Shown here piece by piece: positions 38,931 through 48,737 of a stretch of 64,000 bases of DNA. Made by a program: the position numbers and the translations under genes. The notes under the pieces were generated by a model. The model did no database searches and was not told the DNA's origin. It was given only the letters and a program-made list of their open reading frames with translations. How positions within the stretch are numbered: the first letter of the stretch is position 1; each line of letters opens with the position of its first letter. Origin of the DNA: Pseudomonadales bacterium (GTDB taxonomy: Bacteria; Pseudomonadota; Gammaproteobacteria; Pseudomonadales; IMCC2047); the NCBI GenBank assembly GCA_041395865.1, contig JAWKZQ010000015.1:1604-65603 (forward strand). The letters run 5' to 3'.

Positions 38931-40040
38931 TTAGCCAATATTGACCGCATTGATATAGCGACTGCTACGGCGGGTCCGATCATCCACCTGGCCAACCAGC
39001 TGTCCACAAGCGGCATCGATATCATCCCCGCGTGTGCTGCGTATGGTAGCGGTATAGTTAGCCCGGATCAAAATATCCTGAAAGGCTTTCACGGCATTGC
39101 GCGAAGGTCGGCGGTAATCCGATTGAGGAAAAGGGTTAAAAGGAATCAGGTTAATCTTGCAGGGAATCTGCCGCAACAATTGCGCCAATTCACGGGCATG
39201 TTCAGGCTTATCATTAATTCCGGCAATCAGGGTGTACTCCACCGTCACAACTCGGGTATCACCGAGCGCATCCAGATAACGCTTGCAGGAGGCCAGGAGC
39301 TCCGAGATCGGGTACTTTTTATTCAGGGGCACCAGCTGGCTACGCAGTGCATCATTCGGCGCGTGCAATGAAACCGCCAGGGATACATCGATCACCTGGC
39401 TAAGCTGGTCCAGCGCGGGCACAACGCCAGAGGTGCTCAAGGTGACACGACGTTTGGAAATGCCGTAACCCCAGTCCTGCATCATAATATGCATGGCATC
39501 GACGACATTATCAAAATTGAGGAGCGGCTCACCCATGCCCATCATAACAACATTGGTGATCGCCTTGTCATTAGCACCGAGCTTCTCTGTAACGGCCTTA
39601 CTGGCAATCCAAACCTGCCCGATGATTTCAGCGGCAGTCAGGTTACGGTTAAAGCCCTGCTTTCCGGTCGAGCAAAAACTGCAATCCACGGAACACCCAG
39701 CCTGCGATGAAACACAGAGCGTCGCGCGACTGCCTTCTGGGATAAGCACGGTCTCTACGCTGCTCCCGCCTTCAACCTTAACCAGCCACTTGCGGGTGCC
39801 GTCTTTGGAAATGCCCTCATAGACCACTTCCGGACCACGAATTTCGGCAATATCACTGAGCTTCTGGCGAAGCGCTTTGCCTAAATCCGTCATGTCATTG
39901 AAGTCGGAAACGCCAAAATGATGAATCCATTTCATCACCTGCTTGGCGCGAAAGCTCTTTTCCCCGATTTCGAGGAAAAAAGCTTCCAGCTTCTCGATTG
40001 GCATACCGAGCAGATTAACTTTATTTACAGCCTCTGTCAT
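38931..40040 (-). CDS. rlmN: 23S rRNA/tRNA adenine-C2 methyltransferase RlmN (radical SAM)
   Basis: [15 protein letters not shown] and the radical-SAM cluster CSVDCSFC. The ATG at 40040 has a GGAG SD. Confidence 0.93.
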   Translation of the reverse strand: MTEAVNKVNLLGMPIEKLEAFFLEIGEKSFRAKQVMKWIHHFGVSDFNDMTDLGKALRQKLSDIAEIRGPEVVYEGISKDGTRKWLVKVEGGSSVETVLIPEGSRATLCVSSQAGCSVDCSFCSTGKQGFNRNLTAAEIIGQVWIASKAVTEKLGANDKAITNVVMMGMGEPLLNFDNVVDAMHIMMQDWGYGISKRRVTLSTSGVVPALDQLSQVIDVSLAVSLHAPNDALRSQLVPLNKKYPISELLASCKRYLDALGDTRVVTVEYTLIAGINDKPEHARELAQLLRQIPCKINLIPFNPFPQSDYRRPSRNAVKAFQDILIRANYTATIRSTRGDDIDAACGQLVGQVDDRTRRSSRYINAVNIG

Positions 40041-40080
40041 AACCAGCTCCGTATACCTCAACGCTTAAGACCAATGGGTC

Positions 40081-40506
40081 TTAACGTGGGCAAATCTCGT
40101 CTTCTGCGAAGAAGTAAGCCACTTCACGGGCAGCAGACTCAACCGAGTCAGAGCCGTGAACCGCATTGGCGTCGATGGACTCGGCAAAATCGCGACGAAT
40201 GGTACCTTCCGCGGCTTCGGCAGGGTTAGTTGCACCCATCAGTTCGCGGTTTTTAGCCACCGCATCTTCACCTTCCAATACCTGGACAACAACCGGACCG
40301 GAAGTCATGAACGCCATCAGGTCTTTGAAGAAAGGACGCTCTTTATGCTCAGCGTAGAAACCGCCTGCTTTTTCTTCAGACAAGTGCAGCATTTTTGCAG
40401 CAACAATCTTCAGACCGTTGGTTTCAAAACGGCTGTAAATCTTGCCAATGATGTTTTTGGCTACTGCATCGGGTTTTATAATAGAAAGGGTGCGTTCAAC
40501 GGCCAT
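40081..40506 (-). CDS. ndk: Nucleoside-diphosphate kinase
   Basis: [15 protein letters not shown]...NAVHGSDS, 141 aa. The 40572 start in the track is a spurious extension. Confidence 0.95.
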   Translation of the reverse strand: MAVERTLSIIKPDAVAKNIIGKIYSRFETNGLKIVAAKMLHLSEEKAGGFYAEHKERPFFKDLMAFMTSGPVVVQVLEGEDAVAKNRELMGATNPAEAAEGTIRRDFAESIDANAVHGSDSVESAAREVAYFFAEDEICPR

Positions 40507-40610
40507 GGACTTTCGTCTCCAAAAATTAGTGTACTTAGGGTTATAAACTCTAGGGGCGCGTATTATACGCACTTTGAAATGAAAAGAATATGACGTTTCG
40601 TCAATGAGTT

Positions 40611-40644
40611 AGGGCATAAAACAACAACGGCGCCAATTGGCGCC
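40611..40644 (-). terminator. Hairpin/terminator candidate after iscX
   Basis: Perfect 16-bp palindrome GGCGCCAATTGGCGCC (40629-40644), followed on the minus strand by GTTGTTGTTTT. Confidence 0.4.
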
Positions 40645-40667
40645 GCTACATGACTCAGCAATAGCTA

Positions 40668-40868
40668 TCAGTCCATTTCCTCAATCCAGGCCATCTGGAT
40701 CGCCTCCAGGATCTTTTCACCGCAGTGACTGGGATCATCATCAAAGTCGTCAAGATCAAGCACCCAGTTACGCAGATCGACAAAATTAACATATCGCGGG
40801 TCAACATCTTCGTGCCGCTCAGAAAGCTCAATTGCAATATCCTGCACATCCAGCCATTTCAGCCCCAT
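40668..40868 (-). CDS. iscX: Fe-S assembly protein IscX
   Basis: 66 aa, acidic, MGLKWLDVQDIAIEL...; last gene of the isc cluster. Confidence 0.9.
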   Translation of the reverse strand: MGLKWLDVQDIAIELSERHEDVDPRYVNFVDLRNWVLDLDDFDDDPSHCGEKILEAIQMAWIEEMD

Positions 40869-40880
40869 CAGTCAGCCCTC

Positions 40881-41222
40881 CTAGACCTTAGCTTCAGACA
40901 CCTGGTTAATGGTGTACTTGGGAATCTCAATGACCAGGTTTTCATCACCAACCACTATTTGGCAACCCAGTCGCGACTCGGGTTCCAGCCCCCAGGCCTT
41001 GTCCAGCATATCATCTTCCAACTCGTCAGATTCATCCAGCGAATCGAAACCTTCACGGACAATCACATGACAGGTCGTACAGGCGCAGGACATTTCACAG
41101 GCATGCTCGATTTCAATATCGTTATGCAGGGCGACATCCAGCAAATTGGTACCCGGCTCAACCTCAAGCACAGCCCCTTCCGGACAGATTTCAGGATGCG
41201 GCAAAAAAACAACCTGCGGCAT
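40881..41222 (-). CDS. fdx: ISC-system [2Fe-2S] ferredoxin
   Basis: MPQVVFLPH..., Cys ligands in CEMSCACTTCH, 113 aa. Confidence 0.93.
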   Translation of the reverse strand: MPQVVFLPHPEICPEGAVLEVEPGTNLLDVALHNDIEIEHACEMSCACTTCHVIVREGFDSLDESDELEDDMLDKAWGLEPESRLGCQIVVGDENLVIEIPKYTINQVSEAKV

Positions 41223-41225
41223 AGT

Positions 41226-43112
41226 CTATTCCTCTTTCTCCACGTTAATCGCATCAAGCGACTTACCCGATAACGCCTCTTTAATACTGGCGTCCATACG
41301 GCGCATAGCAAATTCGTTACTGGCCTGGCCAGCTTTTTCTATTTCACGTGCGATTGCATGCTCGTCATCACCGACCGCAACCTCACGCAGACGATCAAGG
41401 GCAACCTCGATCGCCTTTCGCTCATCAACATTCAGAAGTGCGTCACCATTTTCAGCCAGGGCATTTTCAATACTGATCAACAGCCCTTGCGCATCCACCT
41501 GTTTTTCACGCAGCTGACGCGCCGCCACATCCTCACGGGCATGAGCAATCGAATCCTTCAGCATCTGGGTGACCTGTTCCTCCTCCAGACCATAGGAAGG
41601 CTTAACGGTCACACTGCTTTCAATGCCGGTCGTCATTTCCTTTGCAGACACATTCAACAGTCCGTCAGCATCCACCTGGAAGGTCACGCGAATACGTGCA
41701 GCGCCAGCCACCATTGGCGGAATGCCGCGCAATTCAAAACGCGCCAATGAACGGCAGTCAGCAACCAGTTCGCGTTCACCCTGCACTACATGAATCGCCA
41801 TGGCTGTCTGGCCATCCTTATAGGTCGTAAACTCCTGGGCTTTGGCAATGGGTATGGTTGCATTTCGCGGAATAATTTTTTCGGACAGCCCGCCCATCGT
41901 CTCAATACCCAATGACAACGGGTTAACATCCAACAGCAACATATCATCACTGCTGCGGTTACCAACCAGCACATCCGCCTGCAATGCCGCACCTGTGGCC
42001 ACAACCAGGTCTGGGTCGATATCCACCTTCGGTTCACAACCAAACAGCTCGCCCACACGTCGACGGACATAGGGCACGCGAGTGGAGCCGCCCACCATCA
42101 CAACATTGGTTAAATCCTTGGCCTTAACCTTGGCATCACGCAGGGCACTCTTGCACACCTTCAACGTGCGCTCAATCAAAGGGCTGACCAACGCTTCAAA
42201 CTCTGTACGGGAAATCTCCCCCTGCCAACAAAAATCGCCCCGCTTTACCTCAGCAGCAACGACATCCTGCCCGGAAAGCTGCTCCTTAATGCTACGGGCT
42301 TTTTCCATCAATTCACGGCTTAGCTGCGGCGTAACATCGCCCGTATAGCCGGAGTCGGCAAGCATCCTCTCGGCAATAGCCCGATCAAAATCATCGCCAC
42401 CCAGCGCCGTATCGCCGCCAGTAGCCAGCACTTCAAAAACGCCAGCCTGCAACCTCAGAATGGAAATATCAAAGGTACCGCCGCCCAGGTCGTAAACGGC
42501 AATCAGCCCTTCACCTTCCTGATCAAGCCCGTAGGCGATAGCCGCTGCTGTCGGTTCATTCAGCAGGCGCAGCACCTTCAAACCAGCCACTTGCGCAGCA
42601 TCCTTGGTTGCCTGTCTCTGGGCTTCATCAAAGTAAGCCGGCACGGTAATAACCGCGCCATCGAGGTCGCCGTCAAGAGCCTCCCGGCCGCGGGCGGCCA
42701 ACACTTTAAGTATCTCCGCTGAAACTGAAACAGGGCTGACATTACCCGCCGCCGTCTCAATCAACGGCATGCCAGCCCCTTCAGTTTCGGCAAAATGATA
42801 GGGCATCCTGTGGTCGAAGGTGGCAACATCCTCAACACCCCGACCCATCAGTCGCTTGACGGAAATGATCGTATTCAGCGCGTCTTTAACCGCTTTTTCC
42901 CGAGCCTCATAGCCAACTAAAATCTGTCCAGGCGCGTAGTGCACCACCGACGGCAACAAATTACGGCCTTGATGATCTGCGATCACCTCAGCCGTTCCGC
43001 TGCGCACGGTAGCAACCAGTGAGTGAGTCGTTCCCAGGTCAATGCCGACTGCCAGCTTACGCTGGTGTGGCATAGGGGTCATACCGGGTTCCGATAACTG
43101 TAATAACGCCAT
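41226..43112 (-). CDS. hscA: Fe-S cluster assembly chaperone HscA (Hsp70)
   Basis: [10 protein letters not shown]...[12 protein letters not shown] matches the HscA N-terminus. The start at 43157 is an extension. Confidence 0.95.
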   Translation of the reverse strand: MALLQLSEPGMTPMPHQRKLAVGIDLGTTHSLVATVRSGTAEVIADHQGRNLLPSVVHYAPGQILVGYEAREKAVKDALNTIISVKRLMGRGVEDVATFDHRMPYHFAETEGAGMPLIETAAGNVSPVSVSAEILKVLAARGREALDGDLDGAVITVPAYFDEAQRQATKDAAQVAGLKVLRLLNEPTAAAIAYGLDQEGEGLIAVYDLGGGTFDISILRLQAGVFEVLATGGDTALGGDDFDRAIAERMLADSGYTGDVTPQLSRELMEKARSIKEQLSGQDVVAAEVKRGDFCWQGEISRTEFEALVSPLIERTLKVCKSALRDAKVKAKDLTNVVMVGGSTRVPYVRRRVGELFGCEPKVDIDPDLVVATGAALQADVLVGNRSSDDMLLLDVNPLSLGIETMGGLSEKIIPRNATIPIAKAQEFTTYKDGQTAMAIHVVQGERELVADCRSLARFELRGIPPMVAGAARIRVTFQVDADGLLNVSAKEMTTGIESSVTVKPSYGLEEEQVTQMLKDSIAHAREDVAARQLREKQVDAQGLLISIENALAENGDALLNVDERKAIEVALDRLREVAVGDDEHAIAREIEKAGQASNEFAMRRMDASIKEALSGKSLDAINVEKEE

Positions 43113-43166
43113 TAAAAACTCTCTATACGTCGGGTATGCTTTTGATGCAAAGTCCAAACAACCAAG

Positions 43167-43697
43167 CTAATCGCTTAGCAATTCGTGCGCCAGGTGCTCA
43201 ACCTCTGTTTCCAGCTTCACCAGAAACTGCATTTTTTTAACGGTTTCGACAGCCGCTTCCGTGTCATCTCGCTCAATTTGTGCCTTAAAGTCGGCCTGCA
43301 GGGCATCAAGCTCTGTATCCAGGTGTTCGGTCACTTTCTCCAGTGCCGCTTCCGGATTGTTAGCATGGCTGGCCTGCTCAAGTTCCTCTCGCAGCTCCAT
43401 CTGTTCCATCAGGAAGGCCGGATCCATTAAGCCCGAGCCCTGCTCATCCAGCTCAACGCCACGCAACTGCAACATGTAAATGGCCCGCTTCAGTGGTGAC
43501 GTCAGCACATCGTAGGCATCATTAATGGTGGCAGCATACTGCACCGCCAGCATCTGTTCGTGCTTGCCAGCTTCAGCAAATTTGTCTGGGTGGGTCTTAC
43601 GTTGCAGTTCCCGATATGTCGCCCGCAGGGCGTTTTCATCAAGGCAATACTGTTCTTCTAAATCAAACAGCTGAAAATAGTTTTCCGTTAAAGACAC
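43167..43697 (-). CDS. hscB: Co-chaperone HscB
   Basis: J-domain with HPD (KTHPDKF), 176 aa, position between iscA and hscA. Confidence 0.92.
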   Translation of the reverse strand: MSLTENYFQLFDLEEQYCLDENALRATYRELQRKTHPDKFAEAGKHEQMLAVQYAATINDAYDVLTSPLKRAIYMLQLRGVELDEQGSGLMDPAFLMEQMELREELEQASHANNPEAALEKVTEHLDTELDALQADFKAQIERDDTEAAVETVKKMQFLVKLETEVEHLAHELLSD

Positions 43698-43815
43698 TGT
43701 GCTTCGCCTTTATCTTGCGGGTTCAAAATTAAAAATGAGGGAAGCGATGATACCAGAAGGGAATCAGTGGATAAATGCGGCCACACAGAGCGCGCCGCCC
43801 GGCAAAAACTTCCGC

Positions 43816-44139
43816 CTAGACGTTAAAGCTCTCCCCACAACCGCATTCGCCAGTGACATTGGGGTTGGTAAATTTGAAACCCTCATTTAGCCCTTCGGTG
43901 ACGAAATCCAATTCGGTACCGTCCAGGTAAACCAGGCTTTTTTCGTCGACCACGATTTTCAGCCCGTGGTCTTCAAAAATTTGATCACCCTCTTCGACCT
44001 GATCAACAAACTCAAGCACATAGGCAAGGCCAGAGCAGCCGCTGGTGCGCACTCCAACCCTAACGCCAACGCCTTTTCCACGTTGAGTCAGGTGTTTACT
44101 GACGTGCTCAGCCGCCGCATCTGTCATTGTGATCGCCAT
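43816..44139 (-). CDS. iscA: Iron-sulfur cluster insertion protein IscA
   Basis: 107 aa, C-terminal CGCGESF motif. Confidence 0.93.
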   Translation of the reverse strand: MAITMTDAAAEHVSKHLTQRGKGVGVRVGVRTSGCSGLAYVLEFVDQVEEGDQIFEDHGLKIVVDEKSLVYLDGTELDFVTEGLNEGFKFTNPNVTGECGCGESFNV

Positions 44140-44177
44140 AGGGTCTCCCGATGTCCTTACGCTTTAAGCCGTACTGA

Positions 44178-44564
44178 TTAGCTTTCGCCGCGCTTGCTTT
44201 TCAGATCGTTGATAGCCGCTTTGATTGCGTCCTCAGCCAATACGGAGCAGTGCACCTTTACCGGTGGCAACGCAAGCTCTTCAGCAATATCGGTATTTTT
44301 AATCTGAGTCGCCTCTTCCAGGGTTTTACCTTTCACCCATTCGGTCAGCAACGAACTGGATGCAATTGCAGAACCACAGCCATAGGTTTTGAACTTTGCA
44401 TCTTCAATCACATCGTTCTCATTAACCTGAATCTGCAGGCGCATAACATCACCACAGGCAGGAGCACCCACCATTCCGGTGCCTACATCCTTAGAGTCCT
44501 TGTCCAGAGCCCCAACATTACGCGGGTTCTCATAATGATCCAGTACTTTATCGCTATATGCCAT
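44178..44564 (-). CDS. iscU: Fe-S cluster scaffold IscU
   Basis: MAYSDKVLDHYENPRNVG...GAPACGDVM...LPPVKVHCS, 128 aa. Confidence 0.95.
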   Translation of the reverse strand: MAYSDKVLDHYENPRNVGALDKDSKDVGTGMVGAPACGDVMRLQIQVNENDVIEDAKFKTYGCGSAIASSSLLTEWVKGKTLEEATQIKNTDIAEELALPPVKVHCSVLAEDAIKAAINDLKSKRGES

Positions 44565-44608
44565 TGTCTTACCCTCCAACCTCTCAACTATTTCTGCGCG
44601 GGACTAGC

Positions 44609-45823
44609 CTAGTGGGCAGCCCACTGTACCTGCTCCAGATCAATGCCTTCTTTGTACATTTCCCAGAGAGGTGAAAGTTCACGCAATTTTTCTACAGCTT
44701 CACGCACGTGACTAACCACGTATTTAATTTCTTCTTCGGTCGTGAAGCGACCGATGCCAAAACGGATAGAACTGTGAGCCATTTCATCGTTAAGCCCCAG
44801 CGCACGCAGCACGTAGGATGGCTCCAGGCTTGCGGAAGTACAGGCCGAACCTGACGACACCGCAATATCCTTGAAGGCCATAATCAGAGATTCGCCTTCT
44901 ACAAAATTGAAACTGATATTCAGGTTACCCGCCACGCGTTGCGTCGCAGAACCGTTCAAGTGCACCTCTTCCATATCCTGCAGGCCTCCCAGCAGCATAT
45001 CGCGCAGCTTGATAATCCGTGCATTTTCTTCTGCAAACTCTTCCTTAGCAATACGGAAGGCTTCACCCATGCCAACAATCTGGTGAACAGCCAACGTACC
45101 CGAGCGCATGCCGCGTTCGTGACCGCCGCCATGCATTTGCGCCTCAAGACGCACACGGGGCTTGCGGCGCACATACAGAGCGCCAATACCTTTAGGGCCG
45201 TAGACCTTATGCGCACTCAGGGACATCAGGTCCACCTTCATACGATCCAGGTCCACCTCGACCTTACCGGCACTTTGCGCGGCATCCACGTGAAGCAGAA
45301 CACCTTTACTACGCGTCACTTCGCCAATCGCCTCAATGTCGTTGATCACACCAATTTCATTGTTCACATGCATCAGCGACACCAGGATGGTGTCTTCGCG
45401 GATAGCGTCCGCCACAGCCTGAGGCTGGATAATACCTTCTTCATCAGGCTCCAGATAAGTCACTTCGTAACCTTCACGCTCCAACTGGCGGCAGGTATCC
45501 AGCACCGCTTTGTGCTCAATTTTAGAAGTGATGATGTGCTTGCCTTTTTTATTGTAAAAGTGCGCAACACCTTTAATCGCCAAGTTATCGGACTCGGTCG
45601 CACCGGATGTCCAGACAATCTCACGGGGATCACAATTCAGCAGGTCAGCCACCTGCCTGCGCGCTGTTTCTACCGCCTCTTCTGCTTTCCAGCCAAACAC
45701 GTGGGAACGCGAGCCAGGATTACCGAAATTCCCTTCCAGCGTCAGACACTCGCTCATCTTTTCCGCAACGCGCGGGTCAACAGGCGTGGTAGCTGAATAA
45801 TCAAGATAAATAGGCAAATGCAT
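44609..45823 (-). CDS. iscS: Cysteine desulfurase IscS
   Basis: [31 protein letters not shown] (PLP Lys), SSGSACTS active-site loop. 404 aa from the ATG at 45823. Confidence 0.95.
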   Translation of the reverse strand: MHLPIYLDYSATTPVDPRVAEKMSECLTLEGNFGNPGSRSHVFGWKAEEAVETARRQVADLLNCDPREIVWTSGATESDNLAIKGVAHFYNKKGKHIITSKIEHKAVLDTCRQLEREGYEVTYLEPDEEGIIQPQAVADAIREDTILVSLMHVNNEIGVINDIEAIGEVTRSKGVLLHVDAAQSAGKVEVDLDRMKVDLMSLSAHKVYGPKGIGALYVRRKPRVRLEAQMHGGGHERGMRSGTLAVHQIVGMGEAFRIAKEEFAEENARIIKLRDMLLGGLQDMEEVHLNGSATQRVAGNLNISFNFVEGESLIMAFKDIAVSSGSACTSASLEPSYVLRALGLNDEMAHSSIRFGIGRFTTEEEIKYVVSHVREAVEKLRELSPLWEMYKEGIDLEQVQWAAH

Positions 45824-45853
45824 TGAATTCAAACTCCGATAAACAGTCTCGTT

Positions 45854-46336
45854 TTACAAGCTGGCTTCCATTTTAATCAAGCCTTCTTGGGTTTTCTTGG
45901 CATGTTCTTCCTGCCGCGAAGCAACGGCACGAACCTCGCGCCTTTCAACCAAATCCTTCAGGCTGATATTACTTAAAAATGTGTGTATCTGCCGACTCAG
46001 GTCGTCCCACAAATGGTGGGTCAGGCAAACCTCGCCATGCTGGCAGTTGTTGTCGCCATTACAAAGCGTCGCATCGACCGACTCGTTCACTGCATCAACA
46101 ATTTCTGCAACACAGATATTGTCCAGCTCGCGAGCCAACTGGTAACCGCCGCCAGGCCCCCTGACACTGCTGACCAGCTGGCTACGACGCAACTTCGAAA
46201 ACAGCTGTTCCAGATAGGACAGAGAGATATCCTGGCGCAGGGAAATATCAGACAAACTGACCGGTCCATTTTCACTGTAAAGCGCGACATCAAGCATCGC
46301 TGTTACCGCATAACGGCCTTTAGTCGTCAAACGCAT
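45854..46336 (-). CDS. iscR: Fe-S cluster regulator IscR (Rrf2 family)
   Basis: [19 protein letters not shown]... with three Cys ligands (C92/C98/C104-like: [13 protein letters not shown]). Confidence 0.93.
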   Translation of the reverse strand: MRLTTKGRYAVTAMLDVALYSENGPVSLSDISLRQDISLSYLEQLFSKLRRSQLVSSVRGPGGGYQLARELDNICVAEIVDAVNESVDATLCNGDNNCQHGEVCLTHHLWDDLSRQIHTFLSNISLKDLVERREVRAVASRQEEHAKKTQEGLIKMEASL

Positions 46337-46378
46337 AACGCTCTCTCATCATTACTACTTAGACTCGGGCATTATGCT

Positions 46379-46403
46379 AAAACCCAGTAAATTAGTCAAG
46401 TAT
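46379..46403 (-). promoter_or_regulatory. IscR type-1 binding site in the iscR promoter
   Basis: The minus-strand sequence ATACTTGACTAATTTACTGGGTTTT matches ATASYYGACTRWWWYAGTCRRSTAT at about 20 of 25 positions. It lies 43-67 nt upstream of the iscR ATG. Confidence 0.6.
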
Positions 46404-46830
46404 ACTCAAGAAGCATCTCAGAAAACGCTTGTTGCTTTTCACGGTTCCGTGAAGCATCGCACATGAGTGCTCGGCCCAACGCCGTCGGCAGGCGAGATGA
46501 TAAAGGGAATGGATAAAACAAGAAAGCTCTCGTCCTTCCGTATAGCAACAAATAACGGTCATCCAGGCATTTAGCCCGGCATCCAGGTCTTCGACTCTTA
46601 TTTGCTGCCTTGAATACAGTTCTCGGATGAGAGTGTCTTGCCAGAAGGAACGCTCATCAAGGCAAGGAGGGCAGCGACATAACGCTAGCCGTAACGACGG
46701 GATGGTAAGTCGATTGGGGTCAGCCAGAACTCAACGCAATTCCAACCTGGCCATCGCTTGATAAAAAGCGGACAACAGCCGAACCAAGCCTGGTTTATTA
46801 CACTTGATTTCTGGCCAAGGAAAAACGTCT

Positions 46831-46860
46831 AAAAAAAACCGGTGCCAATAAGACACCGGT
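46831..46860 (-). terminator. Rho-independent terminator after the micro-ORFs
   Basis: ACCGGTG-9 nt-CACCGGT stem, followed on the minus strand by T8. Confidence 0.75.
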
Positions 46861-46874
46861 CCTCAGTTAAAGGG

Positions 46875-46976
46875 TTAAACCTGATTAGCAGCAGCCTTTT
46901 GTCTTTTTTGTTTTTTCTCAAGGCGTTTTTCTTTCAGTGTTTTCTTTGCACCTTTTTTCTCTTTTTCTTTTGTCAC
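46875..46976 (-). CDS. Micro-ORF 2: 33-aa Lys-rich peptide
   Basis: GTG at 46976 preceded by GAAGGGTG. Product (M)TKEKEKKGAKKTLKEKRLEKKQKRQKAAANQV. A strong terminator follows. Confidence 0.35.
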   Translation of the reverse strand: MTKEKEKKGAKKTLKEKRLEKKQKRQKAAANQV

Positions 46977-46988
46977 ATTGATCACCCT

Positions 46989-47069
46989 TCAGGATTGCAT
47001 GGACAAGCGCCGCAGTGACTTATCCCGTTTAGATTCAAAGTTATCTTTGCGGCCTGTTAAGTCATGCAT
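46989..47069 (-). CDS. Micro-ORF 1: 26-aa peptide
   Basis: Very strong SD: AAAGGAGGG, 7 nt, then ATG at 47069. Product MHDLTGRKDNFESKRDKSLRRLSMQS. Its TGA is in frame with micro-ORF 2. Confidence 0.4.
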   Translation of the reverse strand: MHDLTGRKDNFESKRDKSLRRLSMQS

Positions 47070-47102
47070 GTCGATACCCTCCTTTTACTTGATGGTTAAA
47101 GT

Positions 47103-47516
47103 CTAAGCATGAGCAATATCAACAACTTGAAGATCAACCCGGCATCCCAGAAACCGGAATTTAACCCGATCACCAACACCTCGGCCAAGCAGACGAATTC
47201 CTAACGGTGATAAACAGGACAACTCCCCTTCCTTGGCGACATCGCCTGTAGCAGAAACCAACGTAAAGCTCGCGGTTTCATCGGTGGTACGATCCAACAG
47301 CGTCACCCGGCTGTTTAATGCAACGACTTTTTCCTGCCGCACACTGCCGCTTTGTTGACGCTCAACAGCCGAGATCGCGTCGGCCAGATACACAGGCGAA
47401 CTGCTGAGATCTAATGGTGAATAAATCAAAAATCTGTTTACGCAACGGTTGGACACCAATTGCGCTCTACTTAATAATCCCCTGTTCAAGGCAACCCTCC
47501 AGCCGAACCATTTCAA
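47103..47516 (-). CDS. GreA/GreB C-terminal-domain protein (Rnk-like, regulator of nucleoside diphosphate kinase family)
   Basis: VVALNSRVTLLD...LSCLSPLGIRLLGRGVGDRV aligns with the remembered Rnk/GreA C-terminal fold. There is no ATG start (TTG at 47516 or 47429, GTG at 47456), so the N-terminus is uncertain. Confidence 0.6.
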   Translation of the reverse strand: MKWFGWRVALNRGLLSRAQLVSNRCVNRFLIYSPLDLSSSPVYLADAISAVERQQSGSVRQEKVVALNSRVTLLDRTTDETASFTLVSATGDVAKEGELSCLSPLGIRLLGRGVGDRVKFRFLGCRVDLQVVDIAHA

Positions 47517-47749
47517 TTCAATAGAAATAACAAACCGGAAACTGCAAGCGGGCGCACAAGCGCCCCTAACGGGGGAAGATGGGGGAAACTCTCCAAGAAA
47601 AGAACCGGGCTAACTTATCCACTGCAACTCCTTTGCCAACAATAAGCCTGGCCGGCTAGACAAGAAACTACAGGCTACCTGCTTTAAATATAAAGTCAAA
47701 GCCTAAGCGTGAAATAACCCGCTTAGGCTATGCAATAAATCCTAATTGC

Positions 47750-47924
47750 CGTTTCACAGGAAAGATTCCACAGGTTTGCCGGCGAGCCCTTCGCTTGAAG
47801 GGTCTCGCGGGTTTACCTGTAGCTATCCGTAACCGCAACCGGGTATTGCAGCAGTACTACTAGACCCAAGGGCTTTTTGGGGGTTTCCCTCACAGGCCTA
47901 GTAATACTGTCGCTGCAATTTTTT
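47750..47924 (+). ncRNA. Candidate small RNA (strand and ends uncertain)
   Basis: Lies in an ORF-free gap. Long hairpin at 47769-47820 (ACAGGT..GCGAG.CCTTC-GCTT-GAAGG.CTCGC..ACCTGT). A roughly 70-nt branched hairpin at 47846-47918 (TTGCAGCAGTACTACTAG / CTAGTAATACTGTCGCTGCAA) is followed by T6 at 47919-47924. Confidence 0.25.
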
Positions 47925-48046
47925 CGGCGAAGCACTCCTGCGCCTGTTAAAAAAAGGCGACAGGCATGAAAGCCTCACACATTCTTTCTCATTCATTTTC
48001 TCGCGGGCGAACAATCAGCCTCATACCGCCTGGAAATCTCACCCTT

Positions 48047-48733
48047 TCAGGAGGGATTTGCCCATTGGCGGATCAGGTTATGGTAGATGCCACTCAGACT
48101 AACCACTTCGCTATGGTCCGTTCCAAGCGTTGCCGACAAACGCTGCACCGAGCGATCCAGATCGAATAGCATCTCCCGCTGTTGGATATCGCGCACCATG
48201 CTTTGTATCCAAAAAAAAGAAGCCAGCCTCTCCCCCCGCTGAACCGCGGAAACATGGTGCAAGCTGGTGGCTGGGTAAAGCACCATATCGCCCGCCGGCA
48301 ACTTCACGGCCTGCGTACCGAATTGGGTTTCAATCGTCAGCTCTCCACCTTCGTACTCTTCAGGCCCCGAAAGAAACAGGGTCGCCGACAAGTCCGTTCG
48401 TAATGTCTGGCTGCTTGCCGGCATCTGCATTAACGCCGCATCAATATGCGCCCCGTAGGTTTCAGACTCGCTATAACGATTAAATTTCGGCGGATAAATC
48501 CTGTCCGGCAACGCCGCTGAGATAAATACCGGGTGCTGCGACAAAGCCCTAAGAATATGGTTACCGAGACTGATCGCCGGCTCCTTGGTATCGTCTAACT
48601 GCCGGTTCTTTTTGACATGGCGAGCAATGCTGCCTGCGCTACTTGCGCCATCCTGCCAGTCAGCCTTCTCTAAAAGCTCCCTGAACTGGCCGACTTCATC
48701 AGCTGTCAGGACCTGAGGAATTGTTATCAGCAT
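48047..48733 (-). CDS. Fe(II)/2-oxoglutarate-dependent PKHD-type hydroxylase (PiuC/YbiX-like)
   Basis: MLITIPQVLT..., YGAHIDAA (HxD), GGELTIE, LYPATSLHHV. 228 aa, like YbiX/PiuC. Confidence 0.8.
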   Translation of the reverse strand: MLITIPQVLTADEVGQFRELLEKADWQDGASSAGSIARHVKKNRQLDDTKEPAISLGNHILRALSQHPVFISAALPDRIYPPKFNRYSESETYGAHIDAALMQMPASSQTLRTDLSATLFLSGPEEYEGGELTIETQFGTQAVKLPAGDMVLYPATSLHHVSAVQRGERLASFFWIQSMVRDIQQREMLFDLDRSVQRLSATLGTDHSEVVSLSGIYHNLIRQWANPS

Positions 48734-48737
48734 CGGT

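Noticed and set aside
40629-40644. Perfect 16-bp palindrome GGCGCCAATTGGCGCC as a regulatory operator.
   Set aside because: It sits immediately after the iscX stop codon and is followed by a T-rich tract on the transcribed strand, so it is most simply a terminator or mRNA 3'-end hairpin.
46351-46378. A second IscR box (minus strand ATAATGCCCGAGTCTAAGTAGTAAT) between the first box and the iscR start.
   Set aside because: It contains only the AGTC half-element and the ATA start of the type-1 consensus, which is too weak a match to call by eye.
46989-46991. In-frame TGA between the two micro-ORFs as a selenocysteine codon.
   Set aside because: No stable SECIS-like hairpin follows the TGA. The downstream sequence is an A-rich Lys-codon tract.
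47760-47930. Minus-strand resemblance to a c-di-GMP-I (GEMM-I) riboswitch: AGGGAAACC..CAAAAAGCC..GCGGUUACGGAU against the remembered Vc2 sequence AGGGCAAACC..GCAAAGCC..GCGGGGUUACCGAU.
   Set aside because: The hairpin that should separate the GGCAAAC and GCAAAGCC elements is absent, with only 3 nt between them. The similarity is limited to short GC-rich words, so I do not make this call without a covariance-model score.
47701-47930. Csr/Rsm-family (CsrB/RsmY/RsmZ-like) sRNA with a GacA-box-like upstream palindrome.
   Set aside because: There is only one true GGA motif in a loop-like context, where this family has many. The palindrome has 14 nt between its TAAG and CTTA cores, against 6 nt in the GacA/UvrY box TGTAAGN6CTTACA.
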